64,000 bases of DNA from the human T2T-CHM13v2.0 reference genome, Homo sapiens. The notes beneath the pieces are model-generated. The model saw only the letters and a list, made by a program, of their open reading frames with translations. It was not told the DNA's origin and did no database searches. The DNA is taken from NCBI RefSeq assembly GCF_009914755.1, contig NC_060935.1. The stretch is one strand, 5' to 3'. Below are positions 46,570 to 62,254 of the stretch, in pieces; the first letter of the stretch is position 1, and every line of letters begins with the position of its first letter. A program made the translations under genes and the position numbers.

Positions 46570-47340
46570 ACCTCTTGGGATGTCCCCCATGTTAAATTCG
46601 ACATATTCAAAAGTGAATTCATTATTTCCCAATCTACTTCTCTCTTCTGTTCCCTGGCCTGGTATTTGGCACCATCACTCATCCGGTAACTCCAACCAGA
46701 AACGTGGTATTTATCCTAACTTTCCCCTTTTCATTTCTCATATCCAATAAATTAATAATTTCTCTAGAGTCTACCTCTTAAAAGATAATCTCTCAAACCT
46801 GATCTCTTCTGTTTTCAGCTTTTCATACTCACCTTAACTACAAAAGCAACTCCACAAATAGTTTCTCTAATATCTGGTCTCATTTCCCCTCAATCTATCC
46901 TCCAAATGAATGCCAGGATGAATCTTTCTGAAGCATAAATCTCATATTAATTTAGTGTTTAAAACCCTTCACTGGTTTTGTATAATTTTCAGGATAAAGT
47001 CAAAACACTTATGCATGACAAATAAAACACTCCCTAATCTGGCTCTTTTTATCACTTGACCACATCTCCAGTAGGGCACTCTCTACTTCATCCCCTTATT
47101 CCTGCTATCCAGAGCCAACAGGAGTTTCCCAAACATTCTATGACATTTTACGGCTTGCTGTCTTGGACATGTGACTTCTATGCTTAGAATACCTTTTTCT
47201 TATCCTGCTTTTAGTCTCATACTTGTTGATTCCAAATACTCATTCTTCAAATTTCAGATCAAGCTTTACTTCTACTTTAAGGTTTACTCTTTGGATTAAG
47301 CCAACTTTCCTCTGTAGCCTAATTTATCTTTCCCTGTATT
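46570..47340. mobile_element. Degenerate L2
   Basis: Pyrimidine-rich L2-like motifs (GGCACCATC, CAATCTATCCTCCA...TGCCAG, TTAAAACCCTTCA). Confidence 0.55.
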
Positions 47341-47876
47341 TTAGTAGCAGTTATGCAGAATGACTTTTTTTTTTTTTTGTGGTTTATATACTTGTTTCCT
47401 CTTCTAATAATCTGAAAGGAGAAACTCTGCAGTATTGTTTCAATTCCAACTCTGCAAAGAAGCCTTTCTTGATCTTCTATACTGGATTACCAGTCCCAAG
47501 TCCAACTTCTATGAGTCATGAGAGGATAATATCTTATTTATTTTTCACATAGGACTGGAAACCCCTCATGGACCTGGCAGAAGGTGGCACAGAGGTACAG
47601 AGAAAGCTCTCAACAAATGAAAGTTTAATTGTAGTTAGTAAAATTTAAATACAATTTTGAATGTTAAACAACCATAAATCTATTTTCTGTTCTAAACTTT
47701 AAAAATGGGCCAAAATTAGTATTCTTGAATCTGCTTTAAATATCCTGAAAATAAACAGAGGTTGTCTATGTACATGAAGAAGAAAACCCTCATCACAGCA
47801 TGGGCAAGCCTCTCTGCTAGCCCAGTCCTGTTCCTGCTGGTATCTAGGGATCGGGGCCTAGTAGGAGACCACACAC

Positions 47877-48084
47877 CCATCACTGATCTTGAATTCATCC
47901 TCGCTCTCTTCTTCATCCAGGTTGCTATCACTGTCCAGATCATTTAATCGCCGGCGTTTCTTCCTTCGAGCAGCAGCTGCCCTCTGGGGTCGTTTATTTT
48001 CTTTTCTTTCTTCATCCAAAATAGTAGAGATGTCTTTCCCACGATGACCTGTGATGGTGGAGATATCTTTTCCTCGGCCAACTC
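47877..48084 (-). CDS. RSF1: RSF1 coding exon (probably exon 13): GVGRGKDISTITGHRGKDISTILDEERKENKRPQRAAAARRKKRRRLNDLDSDSNLDEEESEDEFKISDG
   Basis: ttcAG acceptor at 48086-48085, GG|GTGTGT donor at 47876-47875. 208 nt, phase 1 to 2. Contains a basic NLS-like RRKKRRR. Confidence 0.92.
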
Positions 48085-48319
48085 CTGAATTTGGGGGAGG
48101 GAAGTTCGGGGAGAGAAAAATATGTGTTTATTAAAAGCTTCCCTTTAATTTCTAGAGACAGTCCTTATTCATGCTTAGCAGCTCTTCATTTCTTTATTTT
48201 CTTCCAACAAATATGCAGTTTTCTTATGACTTCAGCTGACAGAGGTCTCAGAGTTTTAGCATTCGTTTACCCTACTGAAGAGAAGTTTACTATGTAGGGA
48301 ACCTCGTTTTTTAAATTTT

Positions 48320-48480
48320 TATATAATTCACACACCGCAATATTCACCCTCTTAAAGTGTACAATTCAGACATTTTTAGTATAGTCACAAAGTTGTGCAA
48401 CCATCACCACTACCTAACTCCAGAACATTTTCATCACCCAAAAAAGAAACCTCATACCTATGAGCAGTCACTCAAGAATC
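48320..48480 (-). mobile_element. L1MB-type 3' fragment
   Basis: TTAAAGTGTACAATTCAG...GTTGTGCAACCATCACCAC...CCAGAACATTTTCATCACCCAAAAAAGAAACC. Confidence 0.78.
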
Positions 48481-49170
48481 TCTTCTTGAAAGCTGTCTTT
48501 TGGACAAGGCTTTAGAAAGAGGCCAATAGAGTTTTTAAAAACAGTGTTTGCAGGACAGAAAAAGTGAGAATTCAGCAGCAAAAATGTAAATAAAACATAC
48601 ATCTCTGGAAAAGCCTTAAACAATCTACTTATTAATCTTTTCCAGAGTTTTCATAATAACTAAGTAGAAACCAGAATGTTCCATATTGGAGCATTGGCTA
48701 ATAGTGCTTTAATTAAATTACCTTCAAGTTCTTCTATTTTAATGCCACTTACTAAAGACTATGAAATTAAGAAACCAATTTTTAATAGGTTAACTTAAAA
48801 ATTTTTGGTTTAAATTATTTTGGTTCTGATTATCCATAATTTTTGAGACTTTGTAGTCTCAAAGACAACTGAAAAGTTTCCTCAGTTTTCTATATGGAAT
48901 CAGAAGTAAATTTTTTAACCTATGAAGGAACATCAATGTTTTATATCAGCTTGTAAAACAAAACTGCTTTAAAAGTAGTTAGTAAGATCTGAGTCTATAC
49001 ACTGACATTGTATCCACAAATTACTCTAAATCTGAGACAACTAACATCAGTACTAATCATGATACATAACGGGAAAGAGAATAAAAACATATGCTCACTG
49101 CCCTAATTTGGGCACCTGAATGAACTTCTTGGCAGAGTTCTATGAAGAAGAGAGAACGACAAACACATAC

Positions 49171-49238
49171 CTCCTCCATCGGCTTCTTTGATGTCATCTT
49201 CAATAGCTTCATCAATTGCTTCATCAAACTCATCAAAT
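49171..49238 (-). CDS. RSF1: RSF1 coding exon (probably exon 12): FDEFDEAIDEAIEDDIKEADGG
   Basis: ttttAG acceptor at 49240-49239, G|GTATG donor at 49170-49169. 68 nt, phase 2 to 1. The ORF track shows this region in another frame. Confidence 0.93.
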
Positions 49239-49256
49239 CTAAAATATACACAATGA

Positions 49257-49608
<352 letters not shown>

Positions 49609-49632
49609 TAAAGATTACCTTTAGCAGATGTC

Positions 49633-50071
49633 TGTTACTGTCTGATTGTTTATGTCCCCTCAAAATCCCCATGTTGAAATATTAAATCTCAAGGTGATGG
49701 TATTAGGAGGTGGGGTCTTTGGCAGAGCCCTCATGTATAAGATTAGTGCCCATATAAAAGAAGCCAGAGAGAGACCCTTTGTTTCTTCCACCATATGGGG
49801 TTACAGTGAGAAGATGGCCATCTATGAAGGAGCAGGCCTTCACTAGGCATCGGGTCTACCCTAAAAACTCCCCTCATCCCTTCCGTGATTAAGAACACCC
49901 TAGAAGGTGCCATCTATGAACCAGAAAGCAGGCCCTCACCAGACAGCATACCTGCCAGTATCTTGACCTTGGACCTCCTAGTTTCTAGAACCGCAAGAAA
50001 TAAATTTCTGTTGATTATAGGCTATCCAGTTTACGGTTACTTTCTGATAGCAGCCAAATTAGACTGAGGCA
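49633..50071 (+). mobile_element. MLT1A-type MaLR solo LTR with a perfect 5-bp TSD ATGTC, inserted into the terminus of a MER58B (~49625-50399)
   Basis: TG...CA ends, TSD at 49628-49632 and 50072-50076. MER58B continues after it (AAAGGGCCAGATGGTAAATATTTTAGGC). Confidence 0.85.
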
Positions 50072-52439
50072 ATGTCAGCAAAAATTTTTATAAAGGGCCA
50101 GATGGTAAATATTTTAGGCTTTTCAGACAATGCAGTCTCTGTTGTAACTACTCAACTCTGCTATTGTAGTGCAAAGCAGCTACGGACAACATGTAAGTAA
50201 ATGATACAGACGTGTTTCAATAAAACTTTATGAGCATTAAAATTTGAATTATAGGTAATTTCCATATAATTTTCACAGGATATCATTTTTCTTTTGATCC
50301 TTTTCTTCAAACATTTATAAAAACCACTTTGAGGTCACGTTGTACAAAAACTAGAAGTGAGCTGAATTTGGCCCACAGGCCATAATTTGCCAACTCCTAA
50401 TTATACAAATCACATGGCAAAGTAAGTAAAACAAAATTACAGTTCCATAAATACTATTAAGTCCTAATAATATGTCTGGGCACAGTGGCTTACATCTGTA
50501 ATCTCAGCACTTTGGGAGGCCAAGGCAGGCAGATCACTTGAGCCCAGGAGTTCAAGACCAGCTTGGGCAACATGGTGAACCCCTGTCTCTATAAAGAATA
50601 CAAAAAATTAGCTGGGTGTGTGGTGCGTGCCTGTAGTTCCAGCTACTTGGGGGGCCGAGACAAGAGGATTGCTTGAGCCCAAGAGGCAGAGGATGAAGTA
50701 AGCCGAGAATGCACCACTGCACTCCAGCCTGGGGGACAGAGCGAGACCCTGTCTCAAAAAAAAAAAAAAGAAAAGAAAAAGAGTCCCAATAATAGGGCTA
50801 TATTATTACTGCTATTGAAAATTATATTATAACTGAAATTCATACACAAATGGTTAAAATTTTAGAACTAGGTAAAAGTATTTCTTGAAGCTGTTTACCT
50901 TGACTTAAAGAAAAGGATCAAGACTAAAGGATTCCTAAGATTTCTTCACATATAAAATGCCTTTTACTTCAGGGCTCAGCCAAAAGGATGAAGTAACTTG
51001 TTTAAATCTACGCTAAAAATGGTAATTACTAGCCTGTGTGGCTATTTATATTTAAATTCATTAAAATTTAAAATTCTGTTCCTCACTAGACATAATTCAA
51101 GTATTCAATAGTCACATATGGCTATGGCCACCATATCAGACATCAAAGAAATAGATTCTATTTCCATCACCAGAGTATATTATATTGAAGAGGGTGGGAT
51201 TACGGGCACACAATGGATTAACAACAGCATCAAAACTAAAAGCTGGGGCTGGGTGCAGTGGCTCAGCACTCTTGGGAGGCTGAGGCAGGAGTATAACTTG
51301 AGCCCAGGAGGTTGAGACCAATCTGGGCTATATGGTGAGACCCTGTATCTACAAAAATAAAAAATTAAAAAAATTAGCCAGGTGTGGTGATGTGTGCCTG
51401 TAGTCCTAGCACTCTGGGAAGCTGAGGCAATAGGACTGCTTGTGGATAGGAGTTCGAGGCCGCAGTGAGCTGTGATCATGCCACTGCACTCCAGCCTGTG
51501 TGACAGAGTGAAATCCTGTCTCAAAAAAAGAAAAAAGACTAAAAGCTGGAGGCTGGAAGTGGCTGTATACACCCATAGTCCCAACTATTTGGGAGGCTGA
51601 GGCAGTAGGATGGCTTGAGCCCAGGAGTTGGGAGTCCAGTCTAGGCAACATAACAAGACCCCGTCTCTAAAAACTAAACATCCTGCCTTCTGAGTTAGAA
51701 TATATAATTTCAAAGGACTCACAAATTTCAGATGGAGAGCTCTTCTTTTACAATGTAATTTTTACTGGCTGCATAGTATCTCACCTTACAGATGTATCAT
51801 ATTTAGTTAAAACAGTTTATTTCCAATTTTTCACAATTGCAATATTATGAGAAACATTCTTGTAGCTGCAGTGTGGATTTGTCTTAAGTTCTGAGAAAGT
51901 AAAACTCAGCACATCCATTCACTAGGGTAGAATAGCAGATACATATAAAGCCAGATGCCAGATGCAAAATTAACTGAAAACAGCATTTGTTCTGAGGACA
52001 GGGTGCAGCTGTAAGGTGGCATAATAACCTATTTCTTTGAGTGACTACTTTCTTACTGAGAAATTTGTTCGCTAAAATCAAAGACCATCAGAAACTTCAG
52101 GCATATGAAACTATTTCACAAAGAATGAAACATCCCACTCTTGCCTTAATGATAATCTAAGTCATTTTTAATGCAACTAAACAGCCTTGATTTATATCCC
52201 AGATGCAGAGCTTCAGATAAAAGATTTCTGAATACAACACTCCATGTATCTATAGTCCCTTGGTCTTGGTTGTCTCATCTGTCATGGTGGATTAACACAG
52301 ATTATCCCTTTAAGCTCTAAAATCATATATGACTAAAATCGGAATTTAGGGTAAACTATGTATTTTCATATAAAATGTATTGTGTAATGCATTTATTTAT
52401 ACTCTACCTAGTTCCAAAATGACTGACATATTACAAAAC

Positions 52440-53162
52440 AACTCAAACATGATATGTATTTCATTCATACATGCTTATGTGCAATTTCCTTCCTTCCCTC
52501 CTTCCTTACTTTCCCCTTTCCTTCCCTCTTCCCTGCCACCCTCTCTCTTACAGAGTCTCTCTATGATGCCCAGGATGGTCTTGAACTTTTGGGCTGAAAC
52601 GATCCTCCTGCCTCAGTCTCCCAAAGTACTGGGATTTCAAGTGTAAGCCACCATGCCCAGCCAATTTATGTGCAATTTCATTTGTGAGAAACACTAGGTG
52701 AATGCAGAAAACTGCACCTAGCTGAAATGAGTTGCCCAGGAATCTACAAAACACACATACCTAAGACATCTACCAGTAACATCACTTCACTATGTGTTAT
52801 AATAAAACTATAGCCTTTTGCATCTGATGTTATACTTTTCTGATTTCAGATAAACCTCCTTCTGCCACCACACCATAATTTACAAACTACAATTCTCTGC
52901 TTCCACAGACAAGCTTCAGGTCTTTTTCAGTATAAAACGCCATAGTTAATGCAGTATTTATGTATTTCTTACTTATTTAACATATGTCAAATGGCGCTCC
53001 CATTTTTAATAAATTCCTATCTTTTTTAATGCATCGCTAATGAAGTTTTTAATGTATGTCTCTAACCCCATATTTTCCATAATCTCTATGGTTTTTCCTG
53101 TATAATTTTGCACAGCATGGTGATTTTTTAAAAATACATGTTATGTTGCAGCAGAACTGACT
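52440..53162. mobile_element. Old TcMar-Tigger element (Tigger13-like) interrupted by an Alu monomer
   Basis: Terminal GTTGCAGCAGAACTGAC and internal GAATGCAGAAAACTGCACC resemble old Tigger consensus. Confidence 0.4.
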
Positions 53163-54156
53163 TCATATTTGCACTTTCCATCTGTCAGCTTTGACTTCAT
53201 ACATACAGAAGAAAACTTTTTATTTTTTGAAGTATTTTTTTAAAGACTAGGATGGGCACTATTCCTGTATATATGGGATTTTACCCTTACTGATTCTACC
53301 ATATTTTTATAAAGTTTTAACACTAACAATAGAAGCAAATTCCTCCATGATTACTGATGCAAGTTTATAAATAAGAAGCAAGTTCAAAGTTAAGAGTTTC
53401 ATAAAATCCACTGTTTTCCTTTTCCAGTTATTCAAGTTAAAAAACTGATTTGGTGTTATCCCAGCAGATTTTAGAAGCTGTAGGCCAAAAAATGATCTAA
53501 AATAACTAAAATATAATTTATTTATTATTTGAATGAGACAGCATGATTTAGTGGAAAGAACACTAGACTGGAAGATAGGGTTTTAGAAGATAAGATTTCT
53601 AGGAATAGCTACTAACAGTGACCATGGAAAAAATCTCTCTGGTATCTTTGGTGTTAAAAGGTAAACCAGGTAATATTTACTGATTCTTTCACTAGGTACT
53701 TATGGAGCATTAACTATCTGTCAGCACTATGCTAGGTATAGGGGACACAAGTCCACGTAAAACAGACATGGTCCTTACCTTCATGCTAACAATCTAGTGA
53801 TGAAGAAAAATGTTAATAAATCATCACAACCACACTCATTACAATTGTAAGTGCTTTCAGGGAAAAGAACTGGTTGCTATGAAGGCATATAATGGGGGGG
53901 ATTTGATCTAGAGGAGGTTAACAAGCTAAAACTGAAAAGGAAATTGCAGGTAAACAGCATGTGCAAAGGGACTAAAAGGCGATGCAGCAAATGCAGAGAG
54001 TGTAAGGGAGAATGTGATAAGATAGAGTTGGAGAGGGAAGTAGAGATGAGACTATGCAGTGCCTTACTGGCCTTGTTAAAAGTATCAATGCTTGGCTGGG
54101 TGTGGTGGCTCATGCCTGTAATCCCAGCACTTCGGGAGGCTGAAGCGGGTGGATTA

Positions 54157-54487
<331 letters not shown>

Positions 54488-54792
54488 CTAAAATTATATG
54501 ACTAGGCCGGGCGCGGTGGCTCATGGCTGTAATCCCAGCACTTTGGGAGGCTGAGGAGGGCAAATCACCAGAGGTCAGGCATTCGAGACCAGCCTGGCCA
54601 ACAAGAGCGAGACTCAGTCTCAAAAAAAAAAGAAAAAGGAAAAAAAAAATTCTATGACTAAAGATGGAAGGCAAGAAATATATATACAACTGCAATAATC
54701 AGCATGATAGAAAAAGCATATACTTCTGGATCATGCTGTGTACTTGCAAAATAAATCCTCTTTTGCTGTAGACATTTCCATACACTTCATAC

Positions 54793-54902
54793 CTGTAGCT
54801 TATACATTTCCTTGTTCTTGTTGACCTCCTTTCAAGCAAGTTTGCTTTGGATTTTTTTGAATCTTTTTTCTTTTCTTCTTGATCTTCAGAAAAGTCTGGC
54901 TC
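54793..54902 (-). CDS. RSF1: RSF1 coding exon (probably exon 11): EPDFSEDQEEKKKDSKKSKANLLERRSTRTRKCISYR
   Basis: tttttaAG acceptor at 54904-54903, AG|GTATG donor at 54792-54791. 110 nt, phase 0 to 2. Confidence 0.93.
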
Positions 54903-55963
54903 CTTAAAAAATATGATAATAAGCATAGAGGTTATTCCTTATGCAGAACAAAGTTCCTTGGGATAAACAGTTTTGTAATCTCCATTTAGGTAGCACATGT
55001 GAAAGGTCTGAAAAAGTTTGAGATGATCCCCTCCAAAAGTGAATAAACATGGCAACACTGAGTATACAGATTAAAAAGAATGCTGGTGATTAAAGGATGA
55101 AATCCTTCTGTATTAAAATTCTGACGCTTTTGTGAGATTATAACCAGTACTTGTTTTAAAACAGTCATGATGAAGTTTTTCCATTGATAAATAATTTAAT
55201 TTGCAACAGAAGATGTTCAACAGGTATGCTGCATGAATGAAAGATTTAGAAGAAAGGGGTTGCTACTCAAGGAAATAACTTGACAGGCCTTTTAAGCTTG
55301 TGATTTAATTAAGCCGGAATGAAATTACTTATACACATTTTTACAAATTGCAAAAATTACAAATTATGTAAATTACAAAACCACATTTTATGCACTTTCA
55401 CTCATGATATACCCACCTTAGTTATAAATTAGACTAATAAATGCAAAACAAAGGTAATCCTTCAAAAAACCCAAACTGTGTTGAAAAATACAAACTGAAG
55501 TTTTCAACAATCCCCAAAATAAAAATTAAAAATCAAATCTCCCCAAACTCTTCTTTAGTCATTTTACATAAACAGCATGCAAAACAAGCTAACAACACAT
55601 TATAAAGTTCAGTGTAAAAACAGAAAACATACTCCAAAGGTAAAAGCTGTAAGTTTAGTTTAGATGTGATATCACATTTTGGAGTTACCTGCATACATAA
55701 AATTTCAATCATGAGGGATTATGGGTGATTTCTCGAAGGTCTTAAATTTCCATTTTTAATACTGGTGTATCATAGATTTAAAACCACTGTCCAGGAGCAG
55801 TGGCTCACACCTATAATCCCAGCACTTTGGGAGACCAAGACAGGCAGATCACCTGAGGTCAGGAGTTCGAGACCATCCTGGCCAACATGGTGAAACCCCG
55901 TCTGTACTAAAAATACAAAAATTAGCCGGTATGGTGGCGGGCACCTGTAATCCCAGCTACTCA

Positions 55964-56242
<279 letters not shown>

Positions 56243-57490
56243 CTTTAGGTGAAAAACAAACAAAATACATGAGATTTGCAGAAAATAAAACTGTTATGTA
56301 AACATCACGAATACACATAATGTTAAAATTACAATTTCACGTTAACAGCAGAGGGTAAGTCACAGAAATGTTAGCTATTATTTATTTATTTATTTATAGA
56401 CAAGGTCTCACTCTCTTGCCCAGGGTGGAGTGCAGTGGCGTAATCTTAGCTCACTGCAACCTCTACTTCCCGGGTTCAAGTGATTCTACTGCCTCAGCCT
56501 TGCAAGTAGCTGGGATTACAGGTGAGAGCCACCACAACCAGCTAATTTTTGTATTTTTAGTAGAGATGGGGTTTTGCCATGTTGGCCAGGCTGGTCTCAA
56601 ATTCCTGGCCTCAAGCGATCCACCCACCTTGACCTCTCAAAGTGCTGGGATTATAGGTGTGACCACTGCTCCTGGCCCATGTTAGCTATTAAGTATAAAA
56701 CTTTAATATAGTATTAGTATGTGTGGGGAGCTCAACATTTCCTAGGGTTAAGATAACAATATCTTTCAGAAATGACTTACATTGGTGAAATAAAACCTAT
56801 AACTGAAATAAGACAAGCAACTTCATCAAGAGTCATGCTGTGACAAGTTGATAAGATTAGATGGAAAGCCACCTTTGATTAGACAAATTAGATCTTTGTT
56901 ATGCTGGAGAAAGTTTTTAGTAATATTTTGGGTGTATGTATAAACAATTATAAACTCATGGTAATAAATATTGCTATAAAAATTATGTAAACAAAACCTT
57001 ATCAAGGTCCCAGTGAATGACACTGAGACCATTCATTCCTTGCTGTTGAAAGAGAAAAAAGCAATGCAGACGTATAGCTCTGTGCTCTAGAAGGCCACAG
57101 CTGAAGATAACTAGAGCCAGGAAATACAGACTTGAGCCAATGACATCTCCATAGTTTCATTTCCAAGAAACAAACCTTTGTTGATTTTAATTAAATTACA
57201 TATTAAAAAAACAGCAGGATGGCTGGGTGTGGTGGCTCATGCCTGTAATCCAAAGCAGGAGGTCCCCCGACGCTGGGAATTCAAGACCAGCTGGGCAACA
57301 CAGTGAGACGCCTGTTTCTATAAAAATTGAAAAAATAAAAATTGGCCAGGTATGGTGGCACACACCTATTGTCCCAGCTACTCAGAAGGCTGAGATGGGA
57401 AGATTACTTGAACTCAGGAGTTGGAGGTTGCAGTGAGCTTTGATCATGCCACTGCACTCCAGCCTGGGCATCAAGAGTGAGACCCTGTCT

Positions 57491-57525
<35 letters not shown>

Positions 57526-59088
57526 CAGGTGTTTTCCCTGGTTCTCTCAAAGTTAATCCAATTCAAGAACAGCTGAGCTCTGACATGCCTCTGTATGTTA
57601 AATTGAACTGAACTGAAATAGTAATCATTCTGTCTCTCTCTGCTTGTAATGTTCCTTATATAAGGATATTAATGTATCCAGCTGGCTAGGTCTTTTAGAG
57701 TGCAGCCTTTAGTGCCCTGCTAACAAGAATATTCATGGTCTTTTTAGAGATAGGTTGTGATGCTATTAAAACTGGTATGTTTAAAAATCATTCAGTGGAC
57801 TTCTAAAACATCAGATTTCACAGAGCATCACACCATCAGGTCTGTAGACAGTTGCTGGCTAGCCACTAAATACTCACTGAAATGTATATCCATCCCTCTT
57901 TTCCACAAGACTGTAGAGACCTCTATGGTAAAGACCACATTATATACTTCCTCATTTGATTACACTCATTGGCATAAAGTAGGTACCCAATACATGTTGC
58001 TTAAATGTTGAATGACTGCATAAACAAGGGTTGCTTAGGGAGTAAACAGGGAGTAAAATGCTCTTGTATTATGACATAGGGAGTAAGTACACCTCTAAGC
58101 TGCTAGGATGAATGCTAATAAGTTATTTCACAGATTTTTAAAAAGTGAATATAAGTGCTTACTTTAGAAAACTGAATGACGATGGCTAGAATTTACAGCT
58201 AATATTTATTTTAGAAACACATATTTTGCTGTTTAGAGCTCCTAAGATTCATATACATGTGTGTGTATACATGCACACACACACATACTTGTATTCTAGG
58301 AACTATATACAACAAAAGCTTTGTTAACCAGATTATTAGGGAGAATCAGCAAACACCAACAACAATCCATTAACTGGCTCTGTGCCAGACTGGTCTTCCT
58401 GTAACAGTAACTTTCCTTTCTTTTCTATACACAATCTGAGAACTTAGTGTATGATATAAAGTCATAATTACAGATGTCCTCTTAAAGGATGACATTTAAA
58501 GCCGGGTGTGGTAGCTCATGCCTGTAAACCCATAATTTTGGGAGGCCAAGGTTACCCACCTTGGGTAACCTTGGGTAGATCACTTGAGGCTAGGCATTTG
58601 AGACCAAGCTGGCCAACATGGCAAAACCCCATCTGTAGTAAAAAATACAAAAATTAGCCCGGTGTGGTGGCGTGTGCCTGTGGTCCAAGCTACTCAGGAG
58701 GCTGAGGTGGGAGGATCACTTAAAGATGGGAGGCAGAGGTTGCAGTTATCGTGCCACTGCACTCTAGCCTGGGTGACAAAGCGAGACTCTGTCTCCAAAA
58801 AATAAAAAGGATGACATTTAAACAAAGAGGATTACCTAGAGTAGGAGAGAAAGTAAAGGAACTAGTAAATTGGAGACAGTAATATAAACAAATATTGTGG
58901 CATACTTTAAAATAAAAATTTCTAAAAATCAAAATATTTCATAATTGCAGTGGCATATCCTATAGTATATGAGGCTGTTGTCAAAATTTTTTCATCAGGC
59001 TTTTACACATATAAATGGTATAAGCATCAAAGGGCTCCAAAGAATAAGCAGGTAAGAAATTCTTAGTGGTTTACATTCTTGGCTTTTA

Positions 59089-59441
<353 letters not shown>

Positions 59442-61834
59442 CTATCTACATTTCTGAGACAAATCAGCTTCAGGACATGGGAAAACTGCTAATTTCTGAA
59501 AAGGATAAACAGATTTGAGCAAGATGGAGGCAAAGGAAAAATCTAGTTTTTATTCGTGATTTAATTTAAATACCTTTAGTTACATCTTTTGCAGTGTCAA
59601 AAATAAAAACAAGAGAAACAGCACATCAAAATAGTCCTAGTAATTTCATACAGGATCATTCTTTATTTTTTAAAATGTTCTTGGAAAATATTCCAAATAT
59701 CTGAAACACAAGTAGTTTATGGAAATAACCCAAGGTTTAGCTGGGTGTGGTGATGGGCACCTGTAGTCCCTCCTACTTGGGAGGCTGGGGCAGGAGGATC
59801 CCTTGAGCCCAGGAGTTCCAAGACCAGCCTGGGCAACATAGTGAGACCCTGTGTTCAAACAAAAGAAAGAAAGAAATAACCTAGCATTTCTCAATTCAAA
59901 GTACTTTTATGTCCTAGTCAATTTGAGAGATTAACTTGCCTTTAAACTAAGCAGCATCCATTACGAGCCAGAGTGCTCAAACTGGGTAGTAAAAAAAACA
60001 AAACCTTTAGGTTCTGGAGGCTGAATCCATTTTTAAGGTTCACCTTTGCACAAGGTAAAGTGAGAGGATTATGGGACAAGCTGATTGCCTTAAGGCAAGC
60101 TAAATTTGGAGGGCGAGACTATGAGTCAGGGGATATAAGGTAAAGAAGTAGCAAATGAAGGTAAAATCAGGAGATAATGCTTAGATTTCCTCAATCATAC
60201 TAGTGTATAAACGGGCATCAAGTCCTATGACAGATTAATCCTCTGAAAATTCTCCCCAACACCTCCACCTTATTATCACAATGCCTGCCCTAATTCAGGC
60301 CTTACAGACTCTCAGGTTTGCTATTCCAACAGTCCCAACTCTATTTCATTCTTCTGTTACCAGAGCATTTTTTTCTGAAATAAAGATATACTTACATATG
60401 TCTCCTTTGATGGCCGCCCCACTTTCTATAGAGAATAAGTCAAATTCCCCAACCTGGAAAGCTATTCACAATTTGGCCTTACTCAGCTTTTACAAAAATC
60501 TATCTCCTACCATACCTCTACTGTCACTTTTACACTTTGCCTTTGCTCATGTTTGTGCTCTTTGTCTGAAATATGTTCATCGGTATAATCTCAATTTATC
60601 TTACAAGGCCTCTCTTGAGAACCCCAAATCCTATGAGAACTAAAATGCTCCTCCACCATGTTCCTGTATTGCTTTTAATATATCTCCACTTTTCCATTTT
60701 ATCATATCATTGGTTCTGTACTATATTATTGGTCTGTACTATATTATTGGTTCATATGTCTGTATTCTCTAATAGAAGGTGAGTTCCATGTAAACAAGAG
60801 CTTTGTTTTTGATCTTTCCTCTTCAGTTTGGTATACAGTAGGTGAAAATGAATGATCAGAAATAGATTAATTAAAGAAGGTACAAATAAATATGAACTGT
60901 TGTCCTGATTATGAATCCCCTTTTAAAGAGGAGGCTCAAGTTCAGTCTTAAGAACTTCATCTAAGAACCCTTCTCCAGGCTGGGCACAGTGGCTCACGCC
61001 TGTAATCCCAGCTCTTTGGAAGGCCGAGGCGGGTGAATCACAAGGTCAGCAGTTCGAGACTAGCCTGGCCAGTATGGTGAAATCCCTTCTCTACTAAAAA
61101 TACAAAAATTAGCCAGGCGTGGTGGCGGGTGCCTGTAGTCCCAGCTACTCAGGAGGCTGAGGCAAAAAAATCACTTGAACCTGGGAGATGGAGGTTGCCA
61201 TGAGCCGAGACTGTGCCACTGCACTCCAGTCTGGGCAACAGAGCGAGACTCCATCTCAAAAAAAAAAAAAAAAAAACAAAAAACCTTCTCCAACTGCTTA
61301 AGACCACCACTGCAATGCTATATTGAAAAGAGGGGCATCTCTTACAGTCAGTAGGACACAATTCAGCATTTAATACTCTTTATTTCACCAATGTTAGCTG
61401 CCCACCCAAGGAGATGACAAGGATAACTGAATTACAGACCAGTTCTTATAGTTTTTTTGTATTCTCTACAATACTTAGTTATGGACATACCCTCCACAAT
61501 ATTTGGGCCAATATTTATTCAGAGAAGGTTCTGACAAATACTTTATTTATTCATTTATTTATTTATTTTGAGACAGAGTCTCACTCTTGCCCAGGCTGCA
61601 GTGCAGTGGCGTGATCTTGGCTCACTGCAACGATTCTCCTGCCTCAGCCTCCGAGTAGTTGGGACTACAGGTGTGCGACACCATGCCCAGCTGATTTTTG
61701 TATTTTTAGTAGGGACAGGGTTTCACCATGTTGGCCAGGCTGACCTCAGGTGATCTGCCTGCCTCGGCCTCTCAAAGTGCTGGGATTACAGGCGGGAGCC
61801 ACCATGCCCAGCTACTTCTGATAAATACTTCAGA

Positions 61835-62169
61835 TAGAAAGTTGGCAAACATTTCCTATAAAAGGAAAGATAATAAGCATGCAATCTTGGCAGGTCATAA
61901 GGTCTCTGTTCCAACTACTCAATGCTGCTGTCACAGGGCAAAAGTAGCCACAGACAATATACAAACAAATGAGCAAGGTTGCGTTCAATAAAACTTTATT
62001 CACAGACAATAAAATTTGAGTATCATATAATTTTCATGTGTCATGAAATATGATTCTAGTTTTTCCCCCCAATCATTTAAAAACATAAAAAACATTCTTA
62101 GTTAGCAGGCAGTACAAAAACAAAAAGGAGGCTGGATTTGGCCCACAGGCCACAGTATGCCAATCCTTG
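61835..62169. mobile_element. MER58B (hAT-Charlie)
   Basis: GTTGGCAAAC...CAATAAAACTTTATT...GGATTTGGCCCACAGGCCACAGTATGCCAATCCTTG. Confidence 0.82.
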
Positions 62170-62254
62170 TTTTAGATGGATCCATTTATCCATACAGTGA
62201 GACAATTCTGCTCTCATATTCCCAAACAAAACATTAACACACATATAAAAATAC

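Noticed and set aside
48842-48863. 9-bp hairpin TTTGAGACT-TTGT-AGTCTCAAA
   Set aside because: Short and AT-rich; close to chance expectation in 64 kb.
54900-54905. NAGNAG acceptor (AAG GAG) that could drop one Glu
   Set aside because: GAG is the weakest distal acceptor and is rarely used; no support from sequence alone.
60710-60752. ~18-bp tandem duplication TTGGT(T)CTGTACTATATTA
   Set aside because: Ordinary slippage inside an L2 remnant.
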